Assembly (NCBI GenBank): GCA_951406725.2
Contig: OX597818.1
Coordinates: 92,256,001 to 92,320,000, forward strand
DNA: 64,000 bases
DNA from: Octopus vulgaris
Taxonomy: Eukaryota
Direction: 5' to 3'
Part shown: positions 41,181 to 54,498 of the stretch, piece by piece
Layout: each line of letters opens with the position of its first letter
Position numbering within the stretch: position 1 is the stretch's first letter
Program-made: the position numbers and the translations under genes
The notes under the pieces: model-generated
What the model was told of the DNA's origin: nothing
Database searches by the model: none
Seen by the model: the letters and a program-made list of their open reading frames with translations, nothing else

Positions 41181-43529
41181 ATGCGTTGAAAAATCTGCAA
41201 AAATGCGTAACCTATTATCTTTCCTTTTTACGTAGACCGTAGGTGCTGCCCAATCTGAGTGGTACGCAAACCGGCCAACATAATTTTACAATTTTGAATA
41301 CCGTAAAATTCGTACAAAAAACTTTTGTGAGTTTCATAGCTTCTTGTAAGTCTGTTTAATCATCGTGAGTTTGTTAATTTCTCATCGCCACTGTTGTAAT
41401 CCAACAGTGCTATAACTGTCCACTCCGGTGTAGCCGTATAGTTAGTTAGTTAGACAAGTAAAGACACGACTATCCATGACCGACTTCACCGACTTTTCAA
41501 TCACTCGACTTCCTATGTCACCGTATCTGTAACGACTCCACATACCACTCGTCACATCGAGTAACACGACAGTGTTTTGTCCTATATTTCATGGAACTTC
41601 GGGTAGAATGAAAGGATTTCTTGTCTCAAATTTAAACGTCTCTCGAGTAACTTTGCAATGCAACTAGATTCGCATTTCACAGTACCTCCGGTAACATTAC
41701 AGTGTATCTCGTCCCAAATTTAACTCTACCTTGCATAATATGACAGTTTCTCGTCTTGTATTATGTTTCCGGGGCATACCATATTTCACTGTACTTCAAG
41801 TAGCGTGAGAGTGTACTTCAATTAATATAATTATACCTCACTTGTCTCATTACGTTGCCTATCGAGTGACATTACAGCACTCCACGTTTAGCATGATTTA
41901 ATTATTTTAAGTAAAATTAAACGACCCGTAATCTAATATTACAAAGCCCATCACTAAACCTACATATTCCCTTAATTAACAATGCATTACCTCCTCACTA
42001 AGATCGCATCATTCTCAACTAACCTTGCACTGCGACACTTCTAAGATTATAGAGTTTCTCAGGTAATATCGGATCATCTTTAGTTTAATATTGCACGGCC
42101 CATCTCTAATATTACTCAGTCTCTCAGATAGCAATACATTGCCCTTAATTTTGATTGCGTTGTTCTGAACTAACGAAAATTGGATCTTCCTTGAGGTAAT
42201 AGAGCATTAGACGACAGTTAATTATGAAAGAATTAACGATAACATTAACTCACAACCACTTCACCTAAATTAACATTGTCCTACGAGTACCTTCGCGCTG
42301 ATCCTCAGCTAACATTGCATTGACCCTTTTATAAAAGTCTAATTTCCACAGCACAAACCTCTTTGAGACAAGAAATCATCTTCATTTCCCAAACAAAAAT
42401 GGAACTAATTTGATAGGACTTAACTGTACTCTAGGAGAAGAGGATGAAGGGGACGAGGGAGAGAAAGGGAACTAAGTACCAGGAGTTGGTGAAGGACATC
42501 CGCAAGAATGAATAGAAGAAAACTATATTTTTGCGGTGGATGTTGGCTGTCGAGAGTTCGTAGGTCGTACTCTGAATAAGACCTGTAGAACATTGAGTAT
42601 TGAAAGAATGAGCAGAGGAGCTATCAAGAACAAGGTAAGCTACTGAGAAAGCATCTAGATAGCTCCCGTTGAAAGTTAGAAGAATGCCACTTGGAAAAAG
42701 GTTTAGACTCGAATAAATTATGTTGGATCGCCTAGATGAAAGTCTGTATTGTAAGGCATAAAACAGCCAATACAACACTGACGACATGTTCTGCAAGCGC
42801 ATCTATAGATGTATGTTGAATTACTGCAGGTGTTATCAGAGGTTTAGAGGTTTCTCAGATGACGATGTGAGCTCCGTCTACCAATATTAGACTTCCCTTG
42901 AGTAACACAATACTATTCCATAGTAAATGTGATTCCCAGCGTGTATCTTATTGTAAATGTCATACTTTCCTGTATACAATAGACTTACTAACACTTAGCT
43001 TTACAGTTTTCCATAGAAAATTTGACTCCCCTTCATTTAATATTGCACAGTTAACAATGGTGAATAGTTTACACTACAGTGAACTATTGTAAATATAAAA
43101 CTGTTCCACAGTAAACATTTTGCTTTTCGTTTCCATTAAACATTGCACTATCCCACTTTACAGCGTCAGCAAATATTACACTCTACAGGAGTCCATTATC
43201 CTATTTCGAAATAAATATTGCTGTGTCCCACATAATGCAATGATTGTGTCTCAATATAAATATTACACTGTTTTTTTTAATCAAATATTGCAGTATCTTA
43301 TAGTATCAAAAGACTGAAGAAATTTGTGAAAAACATGCCTTACAGTAACATTTTGCTGTGAACGTTATATTATTCGAATCTTCACTTTATACCATCCCAC
43401 TTTATGTCATCGCATTCCATAGTAAAACATGAAAACCCTCTAATGTAATATTTGTATTGGCTTGGTAATCGTGAAATAACAGGCATTCATTCATGTCAGT
43501 TACAATACTATTATTTGGTTTTTGAACAG

Positions 43530-43693
43530 AGCTGGAATATGCTTCAGTTGACTACATCAACAGTAAAGAAGTTTACATCAAATACAACCCAAATCGTGAA
43601 CAACAAGAAGAAATTTCAAAGGAAAATGGTATTGTCGGCTTGTTCAAAGTGGCATATGACGTGGATCGTGCAAATAATTCAAATTTTATATAT
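43530..43693 (+). CDS. ITIH-like exon 5 (YIKYNPNREQQ...GIVGLFKVAYDVDR)
   Basis: tttttgaacag acceptor, TAT|gtaagc donor, phase 1-0; ITIH motif GxFxVxYDVxR. Confidence 0.88.
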
Positions 43694-46217
43694 GTAAGCT
43701 GCTATTTTTCATTAATTTATTAACCTGTCATTTACGAACAATTATTATACAAATTACTACGTTACCATCATTTCCTTATACTATGAAATGTATTGTAAGG
43801 AAACCAACAAAGAAGCTCTACGTAGTCTACAACATGTAGTGGTCCCATCTACGTGAAACCAAAACCTTCTGTCTCAAAAAAATTACACTTTGATTAATGT
43901 AATACTTGTTATGCAATGCCTAAGAAACTATGGAACCATCATGGCTAGAAAGCTTTCAATCATAGATTTATCGAACGAGGGCTAACCAGAAGTTAAAATC
44001 ACAGCTACAATTTGCAAATTACGATTACCCTCTTATCATTTAGAAATTATTGATTATTATGCTATAGTTATATCTATCATAATTTACATCACCATTATAT
44101 ACAATATGGCATACAAAATGTTTATGGATACATTGAATAACATACACATTGTTATGAATTAATTAAAAATTTCCTAAAAAGTGGAAAGAAAATAAGCAAT
44201 GGCTATCTATATGTTACTTACAAGGACAAGGGAGACAACTTTAAAAAATTAAGAAGTAATTTTAAAACAAAATAATTTTCAATCTTAAGAGAAAATTTAA
44301 TCATTGTTAGCGTAGAAAGATTCTCTGATTACAAAGAGAAAAATTTAAATCTGTAATCAATACTACGCATACGTCACTCAAGTATATCCTTACGTTCTTC
44401 ATTTATCACATTTTATGTATTGGCTTATATGAGACATTTCTCTTCAATAAACAAACACACATTCTTCAGGTTCAGTCCCATTGGATGTCACTTGGGCATG
44501 GCATTATAGCTTCGGACCGACCAAAGCTTTGTGAATGGATTTAGTAAGCAGAAAATGAAAGAAGCCCGCGATGTATATCTATCTATCTTTCTATGCGTGT
44601 GTTTTGTGTGTGTGTTAACCACACCCCACCGCTTGAAAATCAATGTTGATTTGTTTACGTCCCCGGAACGTAACAGTCCGGCCAAAGAGACCGATAGAAT
44701 AAGTACCAAGCTTTAAAATAAAACGTACTTGGCTCTATTCGTCAGATTATAAATCTTCAAGTCAGAGCCACAGCATGACCGCAGTCAAATAACTTAAACA
44801 AGTAAAAGGTAAATGGTAAAACGAAGTTCATTTTCATTTTACTATGTATAACGATCATATATAGGCGTAGGAGTGGCTGTGTGGTAAGTAGCTTGCTTAC
44901 CAACCACATGGCTCCGGGTTCAGTCCCATTGCGTGGCACCTTGGGCAAATGTCTTCTACTATAGCCTCGGGCCGATCAAAGCCTTCTGAGTGGATTTGGT
45001 AGACGGAAAGAAGCCCGTCCTATATATGTATATATGTGTGTATGTGTGTATGTGTGTGTATATGTTTATGTGTTTGTGTTTGTCTCCAACTCCCAACACC
45101 GCTTGACAACCGATGGTGGTATGTTTATGTCCCCGTAGCTTAGCAGTTCGGCAAAAGAGACCGATAGAATAAGTAATAGGCATACAAAGAATAAGTCCTG
45201 GTGTCGATTTGCTCAACTAAAAGGCGGTGCTCCAGCATGGCCACAATCACATGACTGAAACAAGTAAAAGAATAAAAGAGTATTCGTTTATAAATATACA
45301 ATGGGAGACCGCAAAATATAACAATAAGCAATCGCTTATTGTGTTGTCATTAACAAAAAATGTACATCTAAATAATATTTCTGTAAACATTAAGCCCCAC
45401 AGGACTTGCTGAGTCACGGAAAAAGTACAGCAATATCTCGCTTAACGATCTACAGTTTAACGATTCCCGCATGAATGGTATTTCTATAATTTAAAGGAAA
45501 ATGAAACTTTAAAAGGTAATTGCCAAAACTGAATTCTAAACATTCATAATGTTTGCTTTAAAATTTAAATTACGACAATGTGCATCGATGATACACGCGT
45601 GAGTATTTGTTCGTTCATTCAGTAATTCAACTGGTGCCATGCACCCATACAGTGTTCACAATCTCTCCACTACACCTGTATCTTAAAACTGTTTAAATTA
45701 ATTCAGTTTTTAATCATAGCACCAAAATATGGCATAACGACAAATAGTAATGATAATATACAGAAATAAAAACAATAACCTAAAAGCAAAATGCGATATC
45801 ATAAATGAACAAGCAAACTGGAAACGAATCAAGACTTAGCTTCAAAGAATTTGGGCGGGGTGGCGGGGTCAGTTAATTGTAGCTGCAAATTTTATGAAAA
45901 AGGAATATATTTGAGTCAAATTAATGAAAGCACATCTCTGGTAATCTACGGGGTGCATAGTAAAGTTCTGGTCAGCCTTGATACAGTTATCTATACGAAC
46001 AAATGTTAAACGTAACTTTAAATGTCTATTATGCAAACTGTTATCTTGATCTATTCTTAAAAAGCTTGAAGGTAAGAAGAAAACAACCGTGATGAGAAAA
46101 AAGAGGGTAAAATTATCAGGAATTGTAATATTCAAGCTAAACATTAGGGGGAATTCTTCTCTGTGAAGAGTTAAGTTAAATTATCGTTAATGTTTTATTT
46201 TTCTCCCAAATTCATAG

Positions 46218-46506
46218 GCAGTTGATGGCTACTTTGTACATTTCTTCACTGCTGATTTCTTAAAACCTCTTCCAAAGCACATAATATTTATACTTGATGT
46301 CAGTGGATCAATGTCTGGTACTAAAATTCAACAACTGAAAGAAGCTATGGAAAATATCCTCGATCAACTTGACCCAAAACTTGATAAATTTCTCATCGGA
46401 AAATTCAGCGGTGATGTCAATTGGATGGAGATTAATTTTTTATTCGCAAAAGAAGAAAATATAAAACGAGCAAAAACTCATATTAAGAATATTAGCGCCT
46501 CGGGAG
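46218..46506 (+). CDS. ITIH-like exon 6 (DGYFVHFF...vWA MIDAS DVSGS)
   Basis: ttcatag acceptor, G|gtaagt donor; GYFVHFF and FILDVSGSMSGTKIQQLKEAM are ITIH hallmarks. Confidence 0.95.
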
Positions 46507-47796
46507 GTAAGTTGAAGCATATATATATATATATTGGTTTTCTACTTTTAAAACAATGGACTAAACTTGAATTTTGCTTCTAAATATTATATATTAAGGT
46601 AATATATTACTACTAGGCAAGTTAACCATAGCATATTTAATAGAATTGAATATTAAGCAATGACTAGTATTTTATAGATCTCACAAAGGCATTAAACTGC
46701 GATCGTTGAAAGTTTCTGTGAAATATCGCAAATATAGGATTCCAGAACAATACATCTCAATTTGAGTGGGTGTGCAATTTCTTAACTGGAGTTTGCTACA
46801 TAAAGATGAAACGTGGAAAGATTAGGCACCTTGACATCAGTATTGGGATTCTGCAGAAATGTTTACTGTTTCTATTTTTCTTTCTATTTATCGTGGATTT
46901 TGTAGAAAAAAAGGCGGTTGACTCAATGCTTGAGTGAAATGGGGAAGAATACAGGACTGAGAATGAACGCAGAGAAAGCGAAGGCAATTTTTTGGCCAAG
47001 AAAGAAAGAAATCCACTTTGACGGTTAAAGATGAAACTGTTGACTCAATGAATAGATCAACATACATTCACAGTGTTCCGTACATTGATAGAGGCACTGA
47101 AGCTCGTTGCATGTCAAAATTGGTGGAGCCAAAGTATTTCAACTGGTAACCAATGTCAAGAGCTGCTATAAAAGTACTCTTCCACTACCAACAACACTAT
47201 ATGCCAGCGAATTGCGTAGGAAATATCATCTTGACAACTCCAAAACACAGTAACGGATCGAAAAATATTCTAACCACAAAACAAACTCTAATTCGTAACA
47301 GTCGTTCTCTTATCACTAGATATTGATATTCATAACAGAAAAACATCACCGTTAGTTTGTGAGGAAGTTATTATTTAAGATACTCTTGATGCATTTTCAA
47401 CGTTTCTTGCATGAGAAACTTTTGTTTGAATTTGTGCAAGTTTACTGTTTAAGTAAATTGCTGCCTGTCTCACATATATCATAGGTATACAAAAATAAGG
47501 ATACGATCAATGTCAGAAGTTGAAGAGTCTACATTAAGCTAAACAATGTTAAAACCAACTGACGCTGTATTATGATGTTGCCTTATCGAGGCCCAAACCA
47601 GAAACACATGCTCCGTTTCTATATATGTTCCTTTTACCGTTAAAGTTAGCTTATTTTCATATCAAGTAAACTATGTTTAACATTTAAATATAATATTTGC
47701 ACCTCTCACACACTTTTTGTCCCACTGTTTTTAATCCTTTGTTTCTAGAGTTACTGTATATGTATATTATATATTTTAATTTTGCTGGTATTCCAG

Positions 47797-48506
47797 GTAC
47801 AAATATAAACGCTGCTCTCCTTGAAAGTATAGACAAACATAAATCCGCTGCTGAAAGAGTTTTACCCACCAAGACTAAAAATATCATCATATTTCTCACT
47901 GATGGTCATCCAACAGAAGAGGAAAGCTCTACAGAAAATATCAAGAGAAATGTAAGAGAGGCCAACAAAGAGATTTCATTATTTACTCTTGGTTTCGGAG
48001 AAGATTGTGACCATAAATTTCTACGTGAGATTGCCATGGAAAATGGAGGCTTTAGTAGGAAGATCTACGTTGACTCTGACAGTAGACTTCAAATTGAAAA
48101 TTTTTATAAAGAAATATCTAACATTTTATTAAAGGATATTACGTTTGTTTACTTAGATAGTGCTGTTAATACTAGTTCTACGTCATTTAGCAGCTACTTC
48201 AAAGGATCAGAATTAGTTGTTTCAGGTGTTTTGAAGGATAAAACCCAATCGACCATGCTACTAAAGGTAAACAAGACAGACAATACGGGACGAAATACTG
48301 ATATATTAAAATTGAATATCAATCTGAGTGGAATTGGAGATGACTTTACTCTATACGATGATCTTCCTGAAAATCCAGAATTGACAAGTGTTCAGTCATT
48401 TTCTGAAATTACTGAAAAGAGTTATGCTTACCTCACCCTGAAACAACTTCTCAAAAAAGAGAGAACAAGCCATGTGAAAACGAAAATTCTTAATCTGGCA
48501 CTTAAG
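47797..48506 (+). CDS. ITIH-like exon 7 (vWA: GTNINAAL, IIFLTDG, SLFTLGFG, YFKGSELVVSG, YAYLTLKQLL)
   Basis: ttccag acceptor, AAG|gtgagt donor, 710 nt phase 1-0; lies within ORF 47697..48551. Confidence 0.95.
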
Positions 48507-49289
48507 GTGAGTAAAAAATTAATGAAGATTAATAGCCATTTTATTGCCTAAATTTTAAAGATAACAGCTTTATTTGTTTCAGTTACCAATATAACTAATT
48601 AATTCTGGCCTTGTGCCAAAATTTGAAACCAATATAAATAACTACATTTATTCACTTAAACGGAGCTTTCACGCACAAGTATCTTTTAAAATGTTCTGTA
48701 AGATGATATATCACAAAGTGTCATTCCATGTTTGTATGAAAATTATGTTATACAGACTAGTATTTTTATCTAAGACTATTTCACATGCTTATAATAATTT
48801 GATTCTGCCTGGCTAGCTTTCGCACAGATACATAATTGCTTTGTTTACCGATTCCTGTATCGGAGCAAGTATTTTCGGCTTAACATACAACGTCTGGGAC
48901 TGCCGTCATTGAGGAAACCAAATCAGGTTGAAACACCATGATGAAGACTATACTGAAATTCTGAGCGAAGCCCTGTGTTTATAACATGCTAGCCATTGAA
49001 ATATGTTTTTCCACAACATATGTTAAAACTACAGATGGTCCACGTTTGTAAATACAAGTTTAATCCAAAGTTGTTTAAAGTGCGTAAATTAAATTAACAA
49101 ATTAATTATTTTAAAATCGTACACAATTTATAAATTACCATTGAGATAATTTCTATTAAAATTTGTATTAAGTCAAATCGAAGAAATTTAAATAGATGTA
49201 ATTCTTCTTCACAACATAAATAACATAATTTCCGTTAAAAATGTTTGCCATATCATGTTGATTATGATATCTAGTTTTCAGATATGATA

Positions 49290-49855
49290 TTGGGTTGTCC
49301 GGAAAGTTCGCACCGATTTATAGTAGCTTACCTTTCGGCTTATTTTAGAACATGGTTGAGCCCATAAAATAGGATTTGATTACACCTCCATTTAGAGCAC
49401 AGTTTAAGCTATCTTTTCGTGGAAGATGGTTTATGTTCCTATTACCTGTGTTAATTCTGTAACCCTTTAAAATGGAAGATAAGAAAGTTCATTTTCGGCA
49501 CTTGATGCTTTGGGAACCAGACAAAAATTGCTGCGGCTCGGCTGGGATGTGTAACCCCACCCTCCATATTCGCCAGATATTGCTCCTTCGGATTTCCACT
49601 TATTCAGGTCACTGCAGAATAGTCTTAATGGTAAAAATTTCAATTCCTTGGATGACGTAAAAAGATACCTTGATGAATTCTTTGCCATGAAACCACCTCA
49701 ATTCTGGGAAGAGGGTATTTTCAAGTTAAAGGAAAGATGGAGTCGCATTGTGCAACAAAATGGTTCATATTATGTTGATTAAAAATGTAATGGCAAGTAT
49801 TTATTGACCTTTTACTTTCCTTTAAAAATCGGCACGAACTTTCCGGACAACCCAA
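49290..49855 (+). mobile_element. Internally deleted mariner element (same family as 5379-5916)
   Basis: TIRs ttgggttgtccggaaagttcg / cgaactttccggacaacccaa; HPPYSPDIAPSDFHLFRSL mariner motif. Confidence 0.92.
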
Positions 49856-50261
49856 TGCATCTTTTAATTTGTTTCTTTGTTATGACGGACTCATTGTATC
49901 TGTAATTTATTCCATCATGAATTCTTTATCATTTATTCCTTACATAATGACGTCTTGCTTACAGAAATATTTCTTAGGCATATTTCCAACTTTTTCCGCA
50001 AAATATTTTGTATTAAAAACCTCTTGGAAAAGTCGACCTTTTGAACAAAGAGGCAAAATTAAATGTTTTTATTCCTTTAGTCTAGCAATCTTCAATCTTA
50101 GCCATTCAAAGTTCCTGAAGCTTATTCATTACCATCAAAAATATACCAACAATGAAAGCATGAAATATAAAGTTGATGGAGTTTTAATCGTCATTGTTAT
50201 GTATTGTAACATTGTTTCATATTTCTGTGGTACTAAAATGTAATATTCTTCCTTGTGACAG

Positions 50262-50337
50262 TATAATTTTGTAACACCATTAACATCAATGGTTGTCACC
50301 AAATCTACAGTTAAAGAGAAACATTTTGGCCAAAACG
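50262..50337 (+). CDS. ITIH-like exon 8 (YNFVTPLTSMVVTK...)
   Basis: gtgacag acceptor, G|gtaagt donor; conserved ITIH motif YxFVTPLTSMVVTK. Confidence 0.93.
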
Positions 50338-50510
50338 GTAAGTTTTTACTTTATACCACTTTAATTTATTTACAGAGAGATCTTGTTGAAATAAAGTTTT
50401 CACGCTCCGTTATATATTTGTTTTGCTCTTTTTTATGTGGAGTGGACATAAATAATTTGTCTTATGAAATTGGTAACTATATTCTATTCCTTATTTAATG
50501 TTGATCACAG

Positions 50511-50699
50511 CTTTTGAGTATTACCATAGTCCTCGTCGTCGTCGTTGTCACCATCGTCATCCATTTGCATCATCACCATCACCAGAATCATCATTATCCT
50601 TATATCTACATCACCATCTTCCTCGTCATCATCATCGTCGTCGTCATCATCTGCTCAATCCATCTGTTCAAAATTTTCTTTCCAAAAGGTCCCATGACA
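50511..50699 (+). CDS. Candidate His/Arg-rich exon 9 of the ITIH-like gene
   Basis: atcacag acceptor, A|gtaaag donor (same donor type as exon 3), 189 nt phase 1-1, stop-free in frame with exon 8; low complexity, so uncertain. Confidence 0.4.
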
Positions 50700-50974
50700 G
50701 TAAAGTATTAAAGTACATCATTTTGGCAAATTTCTGTTCATCCCATCAGTTTTCATGGGATAGACGAGAACAAAGTAAAATTATACAAAGTAAAATTGTA
50801 ATGGCGGTCTATATAATATAAGTATTGTTCTTTATATATGTTGTCCTTGGTATACACTCTCTGTGAGGTTTTCTTGACAGCAATCACTAATTCGATAAAT
50901 CATTTATTCTGGTGCAATATCAGATATATATAAATATAATTATATACATATATATATATATATATATATAATAT

Positions 50975-51087
<113 letters not shown>

Positions 51088-51380
51088 TACGTGACCGACC
51101 AGGCCATCATATGTTGCTACATACATCGCTGGTCACAATGCGCTTCGCATTGTTTTGGCCTTCAATGACGCCACCCCGCTGGATAAGCGAGCAGGCCAAC
51201 AGAAGAAAGAGTGAAAGAAAGTTGTGGTGAAAGAGTACAGCAGGGATCACCACCAACCCTTGCCGGAGCCACGCGAAGCTTTAAGCGTTTTCGCTCAACG
51301 CCCTGTCTGGAAATCGAAACCACGAGTCCGCTGCCCTAGCCACTGGGCTATTTTGCCACCACGTATATATATATATATAT

Positions 51381-51448
51381 ATATTTATTTTAGTAGTTTT
51401 GACTTTAAGAGTCCCTGCTAGCGTGTGGCATTTATGTGTAATAATGCC

Positions 51449-51490
<42 letters not shown>

Positions 51491-51528
51491 CCTGCTAGCG
51501 TGTGGCATTTATGTGTAATAATGCCTTC

Positions 51529-51583
<55 letters not shown>

Positions 51584-51940
51584 GGCATTATTACACATAA
51601 ATGCCACACGCTAGCAGGGGACTCTTAAAGTCAAAACTACTAAAATAAATAAACATATCGTACCGAATGCAACTCTCGAAGTAAGTCATTTAAAAACAGA
51701 ATTTCTGTTTTTAAATGACTTACTTCGAGAGTTGCATTCGGTAATGATATGTTTATTTATTTTAGTAGTTTTGACTTTAAGAGTCCCTCCTAGCGCGTGG
51801 CATTTATGTGTAATAATGCCTTCTATATAATATAAATATATCTAAGTGAAAAAATTGGTAGATTTTTTTCTCTTATATGAGGTTTTTCACGCTAACTACT
51901 TGGTAAATTCTTATGAAGATTTTATCCTATTTTTAAATTA
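51381..51940. repeat. (TA)n-embedded palindrome with ~120-bp arms (51581-51823, centre 51702) plus two truncated copies
   Basis: gaaggcattattacac...aaaacagaa t ttctgtttt...gtgtaataatgccttc; partial copies at 51381-51451 and 51488-51528. Confidence 0.85.
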
Positions 51941-52065
51941 TATATATATATATATATATATATCATATCATATCATATCATACATAAACATGCTCGCAAT
52001 TGCATTCGGAACATAGACACTCGTACACACATGTATGTATGTATGTATGTATGTATGTATGTATG

Positions 52066-52138
<73 letters not shown>

Positions 52139-52156
52139 ATGTATATGTATATATAC

Positions 52157-52194
<38 letters not shown>

Positions 52195-52575
52195 GCACAC
52201 GCACACGCACACACACATATATACATATATATATAGAGAGAGAGATAGACAGACATACAAACAGACAGAGACAGAGAGCAATCACTGGCCATATCGCGGT
52301 TCACCTATTGCATCCTCAGTACATCGCGGATTTTTCTGGGTAATATATGTAAATTTATATCGCGGGTTTCTGCAGCCGATAGGTATTGTTATTTTTTTAA
52401 TATTTTTATTATTTCTATGGTAAAATAAGCATTTTCACGCCTAAGATTAATAAATTAATAAATAAAAATAATTTTAAAAAATATATACTGTAGTATTGCT
52501 TCTTTTTCATGGATTTTCACCTATCGCGGGTGTTTTGGAACGTAACACACGCGTTAGCTGAGGTATTACTGCATG

Positions 52576-52648
<73 letters not shown>

Positions 52649-52674
52649 GTGAGTTATTATTATTATTATTATTA

Positions 52675-52960
<286 letters not shown>

Positions 52961-54498
52961 GTTTCAAACAAGTATGTTGTTGAAAATGACTTCTTCGAAG
53001 TTTCGGCCAGCTAAATCATCGTCGGACTGTCCGACGATGGATTAACCGGCCGGAATTTCGAAGTGACGCTCAACAACATTCAGGTTTAAGAATAAACTTC
53101 TGGTCCACAAAAGTAAACATTAATTCCCAAATTAATTATTTTTATTATAACTAAACATTAAAACACACATAAAAAACTTAATACACAAACACACACACTC
53201 CCAAGGGAAAGATCGTTTTCGTTTGCTGTGACCGCTTCCCGTAAATATAATGAGGTTAGTGGTTTTTGTGGCTTTCGGAGTTAAGTTCAACTCTTATTTT
53301 TAGCAATCGCTGGGCTTCTTTCTGTTTCTGTCTACCAAATTTACTTTCTTTGGTCAGCCCGTGACGATAGCAGAAGACTTATCATGGAACCATATAGTTG
53401 GGAGGCAAACTTCTTACCACTCATTCAGCCCAGTACGTACACATATTTCGCACATATTAAAAATGTTCGCGGGCAAAGATGCCGTGTAAAATGTAATCTC
53501 GAAAGAATTAAAAATCTACTTTTAAAATTTTTTACTGATTAAGACTTATACAGAAAGTAAAAGGAAATAAATGAATATTCTACTTACCAACATTGGCAGG
53601 TCTCTCTGAAATTTGAGGAATTTTAATTGTTAGGAAATGCGTTTCAATATTCAAGTTCTATTGTTTTAGTCATATTAAATTAAGGAAATTCAAAATTAAT
53701 TAGTTGATATAAATCAGTGAAAAAGAATAAGTCAATTACATCGACCCTGGCGCTCAAATGGAACTTATTTTTGTCGACCCCAGAGACAAAGTTCACCTCA
53801 TCAGAATTTGAATTCAGAACATAAAGACGGGTAAAATGCCACTAAGCATATTACCCGGCACAGTAACGATTCTGCCAGCTCACTACTTAAGTTTCAAATT
53901 TTGATACAAGGCCAGGAATTTTGGAGAGCGGGTAAATCTATTGCATCAACCCCATACTCTACTGTTACTTGCTTTATCTACCCTGGAAGGATGGAATGTG
54001 AAGACGATCCCAGCGAATTGATGATAACAAAAGGCACAAGGCCTGGAATTAAGGGGAGGGCGGATAGTCAATTGCACCGAGTCCAGTACGAAACTGGTAC
54101 TTGTTTTATCGACCCCAAAATAAGGAAAGGCAAAGTCGAACTCGGCAGCATTTGAACTCAGAACGTAAAGAACGAAATGCCGCTAAGCATTATACCCGAC
54201 GTGCTAAAGATTCTACCAGCTCATCGCCTGAGGTTTCAAATTTTGGTACAAGGCCAGCAATTTTAGGGAAGTGTGTTAGCCGATTACATCAACCCTAGTA
54301 ATCTGCTCTTACTTAGTTTATCGACCCCGGAAGGATGAAAGAAAAAATCGACCTCGGCGAATTCGTAATAATAATTATTATTTCGAATTTTGCCACAGGG
54401 AGCTTGAGGGAGGTGGAGTCGAGTCGATTACATCGACCCCAGTGTTCAAGTGATACTTATTTTAATCGACCCCAAACGGATGAAAGGTAAAGTCGACA

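Noticed and set aside
52961-52971. Possible microexon tag|tttcaaacaa|gtatgt
   Set aside because: 10 nt, not frame-preserving, and no polypyrimidine tract (preceded by (ATT)n)
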